36,691 nt of DNA from a virus. The position numbers were made by a program, and so were the translations under genes. Of this stretch, positions 33,035-36,691 are shown piece after piece (within the stretch, counting starts at the first letter, position 1; each line of letters starts with the position of its first letter). Location of the stretch: positions 1-36,691 of the IMG/VR virus record IMGVR_UViG_3300045988_165663. One strand, 5' to 3'. Under the pieces are notes generated by a model. That model saw only the letters and a list, made by a program, of their open reading frames with translations. It ran no database searches and was not told the origin of the DNA.

Positions 33035-34223
33035 TTTTGGAACGAAAACAAATACTAATTTATGGACTTTTAACGATGACAAAAGCGGGTTGCAATTCTC
33101 TCAAACAAGCGATATAGAAAACGCATACAAGGACTTATTTAAGCGCATATTTGCAGATATAAACCTAGACCCTAGCACTCCAGCAGGGCAGATTATCACA
33201 TACCTAACCGAGCAAGATACAGCTACCATACAAGGCATTCAAGACTTTGTAAATTACTTCTTTTTAGGTGGTAGCGGGCAGATGCTAGACCTATGGGCTT
33301 ATAATCAGTATCGCATCACACGAAAAAGCGCGGTTAAAGGCAGTGTGCTTATTGATATAATAGGCGTCCCGGCTACAATAATCCCCAAAGGTTTCATAGT
33401 AAGCAACGGCGAGATGCAGTTTGAAACATACGCAGAGCATACAATAGGCGAGAGTGGTAGCATCCAAATACATTTGCAGCAAGTAGAAGTAAGCGAGAGA
33501 ATCGCATTACAGAACACAATTAGGCAAATCATTACAAAAATTGACGGCGTGGATTCTGTGAATAATCCAAATTCTAGCACAGCGGGTATTCTAAGAGAGA
33601 GCGACACACAATTCTATAAAAGAGCCTTGCAGTATGGAAGCATTTATAAAAATTCAAGTTTTACAAGCATCCTAGCTAATATCGCAAATGTAAGCGGTGT
33701 TGAAAAAATCAGTGGCTTTGAAAATCCAACAAAGAACGAAGTTATACACAGAGGCATTACAATGACTCCGCATAGTATTTGTGTGTGCGTGCTTGGTGGT
33801 AGTGATTTAGATATAGCAACGGAGTTTAGCTATTCAAAGCCTCCCGGTTGTGGAATGGTTGGCGATACTAAAGTGCCTATTGAAGTCGAGGGTAAAGATA
33901 TTACATATTCTTTTTACAGACCCATTACAAAAGCCTTAAAATTTGAAGTATCATGCGTAATTTACACAAACTCCCCTAGCAGTTACCAAACAATCATAAG
34001 AGAAGCTATAAAAACCTATATAAACAATCTAAATATAGGCGCGGATATAACCCAGCCGGCTATCTCTAAAGTATGCGAGAGCGTTGCTAATGGCTTTGCT
34101 ATTGATAGCGTTAAAATTGGCTTAAAAAGCGGTGCAGTTGGTTGGGATGCAATAGCGTTAAACTTGAACGAAATGGCATCGGTTAGCGATAGCGATATAT
34201 TAGTTACAAGCAAGGGCGGCTAA
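33027..34223 (+). CDS. baseplate J-like protein
   Basis: 398 aa immediately after the gp25-like gene, in the canonical W-J-I order. Confidence 0.55.
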   Translation: MFSFGTKTNTNLWTFNDDKSGLQFSQTSDIENAYKDLFKRIFADINLDPSTPAGQIITYLTEQDTATIQGIQDFVNYFFLGGSGQMLDLWAYNQYRITRKSAVKGSVLIDIIGVPATIIPKGFIVSNGEMQFETYAEHTIGESGSIQIHLQQVEVSERIALQNTIRQIITKIDGVDSVNNPNSSTAGILRESDTQFYKRALQYGSIYKNSSFTSILANIANVSGVEKISGFENPTKNEVIHRGITMTPHSICVCVLGGSDLDIATEFSYSKPPGCGMVGDTKVPIEVEGKDITYSFYRPITKALKFEVSCVIYTNSPSSYQTIIREAIKTYINNLNIGADITQPAISKVCESVANGFAIDSVKIGLKSGAVGWDAIALNLNEMASVSDSDILVTSKGG

Positions 34224-34981
34224 TGTTTGAGAAGCTATATGATGATATTAGAATCCAGTCACAATACCAGAACACAAACATAGAAGCCTTGCTTAATGGC
34301 ATAAAAGAGATTAGGATTAATTTCATTGTAAAAGCATTGGAATCCGCTATAACTGAAGTTTTTAATTTTGAGACAATGAGTGGTGATGCTTTGGATATGT
34401 GGGGTCGGTTGCTAGATTTTTCGAGATATGTACCCATAAATATCGAGGACGCCGGCGCGTTTAAAAACTTTAGCTTTTACCAAAGTAATTTTCATTTAGC
34501 AAAATTCTTTGATAAAGAGGATATTAAATACGTAGAACTAACCGATGCATCTTATAGGCGAGTCTTGCAGTTGCTTTGGCGCGCTAGAAACACATCATCG
34601 ACTTTACGTAACAATAGCGAGCTAGCAAAACAAGCACTTGGAGTAGATATTGCTACAGGCGACTCGATGGATATGGAATTCATAACCTATTTTTTCAAAG
34701 AACAGATACCCGGTTGGTTAAAAAATATCCTATCTAAATACGATATATTACCCAGACCAGCGGGGGTTGGAAGCAATTATGTAAGCGCGTTTTATAGAAT
34801 CTTTGGCTTTAAGACAGACAGCGCGGATTATAATAGAGAGTATTTAGGCAACTTCTTTAATGCACAATTTGCCAGAGAGGGCATTGCAAAGCTAAATACT
34901 CCAGACGATAAAGAGGAGTTAGATAAACTTAAAGAAATCTTAGACCCTTTATTGCAAGGTGGAAGCAATGATAAGCAATGA
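34223..34981 (+). CDS. baseplate/tail protein I-like (Mu gp48 position)
   Basis: Position after J. ATGT overlap. Confidence 0.4.
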   Translation: MFEKLYDDIRIQSQYQNTNIEALLNGIKEIRINFIVKALESAITEVFNFETMSGDALDMWGRLLDFSRYVPINIEDAGAFKNFSFYQSNFHLAKFFDKEDIKYVELTDASYRRVLQLLWRARNTSSTLRNNSELAKQALGVDIATGDSMDMEFITYFFKEQIPGWLKNILSKYDILPRPAGVGSNYVSAFYRIFGFKTDSADYNREYLGNFFNAQFAREGIAKLNTPDDKEELDKLKEILDPLLQGGSNDKQ

Positions 34982-35372
34982 GAAAAAAGCAGAGGCTAAA
35001 AAGCTAATAGAAGCCTTAATTAAAAAGGTGGAATCCCATATCCAAAAGATAAAAGAAACTAAAGAATCCGAGCGCGTAAATCCTTTTGATAAATATCCAC
35101 TTGACGGCTACTTAAAAAAGGCAGAGAAGTTAAGAAACAATTACATCATGGCATACAAGCAAATAGACAAGCAAGACTCCGATTTTGACTTTAAAGCACT
35201 CTTTAAAAATGAGCTCAAAGAGCTACCAAAACCATACACTTGCCAGCAAGTAAAACAAATGGAGTTAGGCATTAAAGGAGTGCATAGGATTAAGCGGTTA
35301 GAAAAATACGATTTAGGCAGGCTTAATGTGGAATTCTTAGGGGGAAATAAGTTTGAGAAAGTGGAAGCTTAG
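34959..35372 (+). CDS. hypothetical protein (Lys/Glu-rich)
   Basis: ORF of 137 aa. Confidence 0.35.
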   Translation: MEAMISNEKKAEAKKLIEALIKKVESHIQKIKETKESERVNPFDKYPLDGYLKKAEKLRNNYIMAYKQIDKQDSDFDFKALFKNELKELPKPYTCQQVKQMELGIKGVHRIKRLEKYDLGRLNVEFLGGNKFEKVEA

Positions 35373-36222
35373 AGGATTAAAGCTAGGTAAAGAGAGAGCG
35401 AGGGTTATCCAAAATGATAACGGATACATTCAAGATACTTTTTTGGAGTTTCAGTGCATAAAAAACGATGATGATATACAGAGAGAGAATGATATAGAAG
35501 CCAGAAAGACCGAGCTAGAAGCCAAAAAAGCCGAGTTACAAACCAAAAATAACGAATTGCAAGCTAAAAACGGCGAGATTCAGCCACTATTTACCGGTGC
35601 TATAGACGACAAAGCAATAAAGACCATGATAGAGTTTCTAAGGAATAGAGAAAGCGCGTTAAAAGCACATTACACAAACTATTTCACGATACCTGGAGGG
35701 AGGCTATTAACCCAGCATCTTGGCTTAGGACATATAGAGCTAGGATTCTTTAACAAGGCAGATATATTTGTCAAATACCAAAACGATATGCTTAACGCAA
35801 TAAAGGCTACTAATAGCAGTGTAACTAACTACAAATTCAACGCACACAAGCGAGGTATGATGATGGGATTCGGCTCTCACGAATTCAACGCCTTAAAAGA
35901 GTGGCATTGGGAAATGTTTGCCAGAGACCATTGGACTACACGTATGTATAGATACTATAGAGATGGTAGAACCAGAGTCGGTTGGGGTCGCTACAAATTG
36001 CATCACAGAACGGATGGTGGTTGGTATCTTAACTATGGGGTGCCTAGACTAAGAAACATTAGCGAAATCTTTTTTAAATGGGACGATTTAGAGAATTTTT
36101 ACCAAAAGTTAGAGCAAACCAGCCTTTTAATTGATAAAATTAGAGACCTAGAAGCCCTTGTAGCTAGACTTGAAAGAGAAAAAGAAACAAAAATTCAGGA
36201 AAACCACAACATACTCTATTGA
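35353..36222 (+). CDS. tail-fibre-associated protein with coiled-coil segments
   Basis: TELEAKKAELQTKNNELQAKNGEIQ coiled coil and a Trp/Arg/Tyr-rich C-terminal domain. Precedes the fibre gene. Confidence 0.35.
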   Translation: MRKWKLRGLKLGKERARVIQNDNGYIQDTFLEFQCIKNDDDIQRENDIEARKTELEAKKAELQTKNNELQAKNGEIQPLFTGAIDDKAIKTMIEFLRNRESALKAHYTNYFTIPGGRLLTQHLGLGHIELGFFNKADIFVKYQNDMLNAIKATNSSVTNYKFNAHKRGMMMGFGSHEFNALKEWHWEMFARDHWTTRMYRYYRDGRTRVGWGRYKLHHRTDGGWYLNYGVPRLRNISEIFFKWDDLENFYQKLEQTSLLIDKIRDLEALVARLEREKETKIQENHNILY

Positions 36223-36234
36223 AAGGATTAGAAA

Positions 36235-36691
36235 ATGCCTATAACTAACGCGCCTTTTTTTAAATACGCTTTTGCACAAAACGGGGATAAGACTCCTATA
36301 CCACAAGACCAAGACCCAAAAGGTAAAGTAAGCTATGAAGTAGGCTTTGGTGGTATTTACAGCAGAGACCCGTTAGCGGACGGGGATTATGTATTAAGAC
36401 CGGATTTTAACCAGCTAATGTTTGATACAACCAACGCTATAAGGCAAATGCAAATAAACGGCGCTAACCTTTGGAGAGCAGAGGTAGCAAATAATGGTGG
36501 CTATCCAGCCGGCGCGGTTGTTTTAGTAAAAATGCAAATGAACGGGGTTATCGATAGTGGTAGCGATTTTGTACAGCACTTGAACTATTACCAGCCCTTT
36601 ATAAGCATGATAGAAGCAAACACAGACGAGCCTTTAGCAGCGACCGCTTACAAATCATGGTGGGCTTTAGATGGTAACCCGCTTTTTGGAA
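36235..36691 (+). CDS. tail fibre / receptor-binding protein, N-terminal part (continues through the circular junction into 1..607)
   Basis: ATG 36235 with RBS AAAGGA. MPITNAPFFKYAFAQNGDKTPIPQ... The last 119 bp are identical to 1..119 and the frame is continuous with ORF 8..607. Confidence 0.55.
   Translation, partial: MPITNAPFFKYAFAQNGDKTPIPQDQDPKGKVSYEVGFGGIYSRDPLADGDYVLRPDFNQLMFDTTNAIRQMQINGANLWRAEVANNGGYPAGAVVLVKMQMNGVIDSGSDFVQHLNYYQPFISMIEANTDEPLAATAYKSWWALDGNPLFG
36573..36691 (+). repeat. 119-bp terminal direct repeat identical to 1..119 (circular-genome overlap)
   Basis: acagcacttgaactattaccagccctttataagcatgatagaagc... is present at both ends. Confidence 0.95.

Overview
The window is an AT-rich (roughly mid-30s % GC) complete, circularly closed tailed-phage genome of about 36.57 kb. 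The last 119 bp (36573..36691) repeat bases 1..119 exactly, and the tail-fibre gene runs across that junction. Every credible gene is on the + strand. The codon usage, AAGGAG-type RBSs, poly-G/C tracts and MORN/YwqK-like genes look most like a Campylobacter/Helicobacter-type (Campylobacterota) phage or episomal prophage; this host call is inference only. The layout is as follows. An early/accessory region (790..7500) has a KilA-N protein, two paralogous winged-helix proteins (one a replication initiator), a DnaC-like loader and several small unknowns. A recombination module (7531..10169) has a PD-(D/E)XK exonuclease, an extraordinary (X-X-Cys)n triplet-repeat protein, an Erf-like annealase and SSB. 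A block of small membrane proteins and a lipoprotein (10443..13619) contains a possible lysis cassette. Then come an orphan Dam-type N6-adenine methyltransferase carrying an in-frame 9-bp tandem repeat, TerS/TerL, portal, MuF-like head protein, scaffold, major capsid and head-tail genes. The tail module is myovirus-like: a sheath with an Ig-like duplication, a tube, a chaperone with a -1 frameshift site, tape measure, a Mu/P2-like baseplate (V, W/gp25, J and I-like) and the tail fibre. No integrase, transposase, repressor, tRNA or CRISPR array was recognisable. Notable extras are a reiterated promoter+RBS cassette used about 8 times, four MORN-repeat paralogues, and G8-G9/C9 homopolymer tracts sitting exactly in expression signals.
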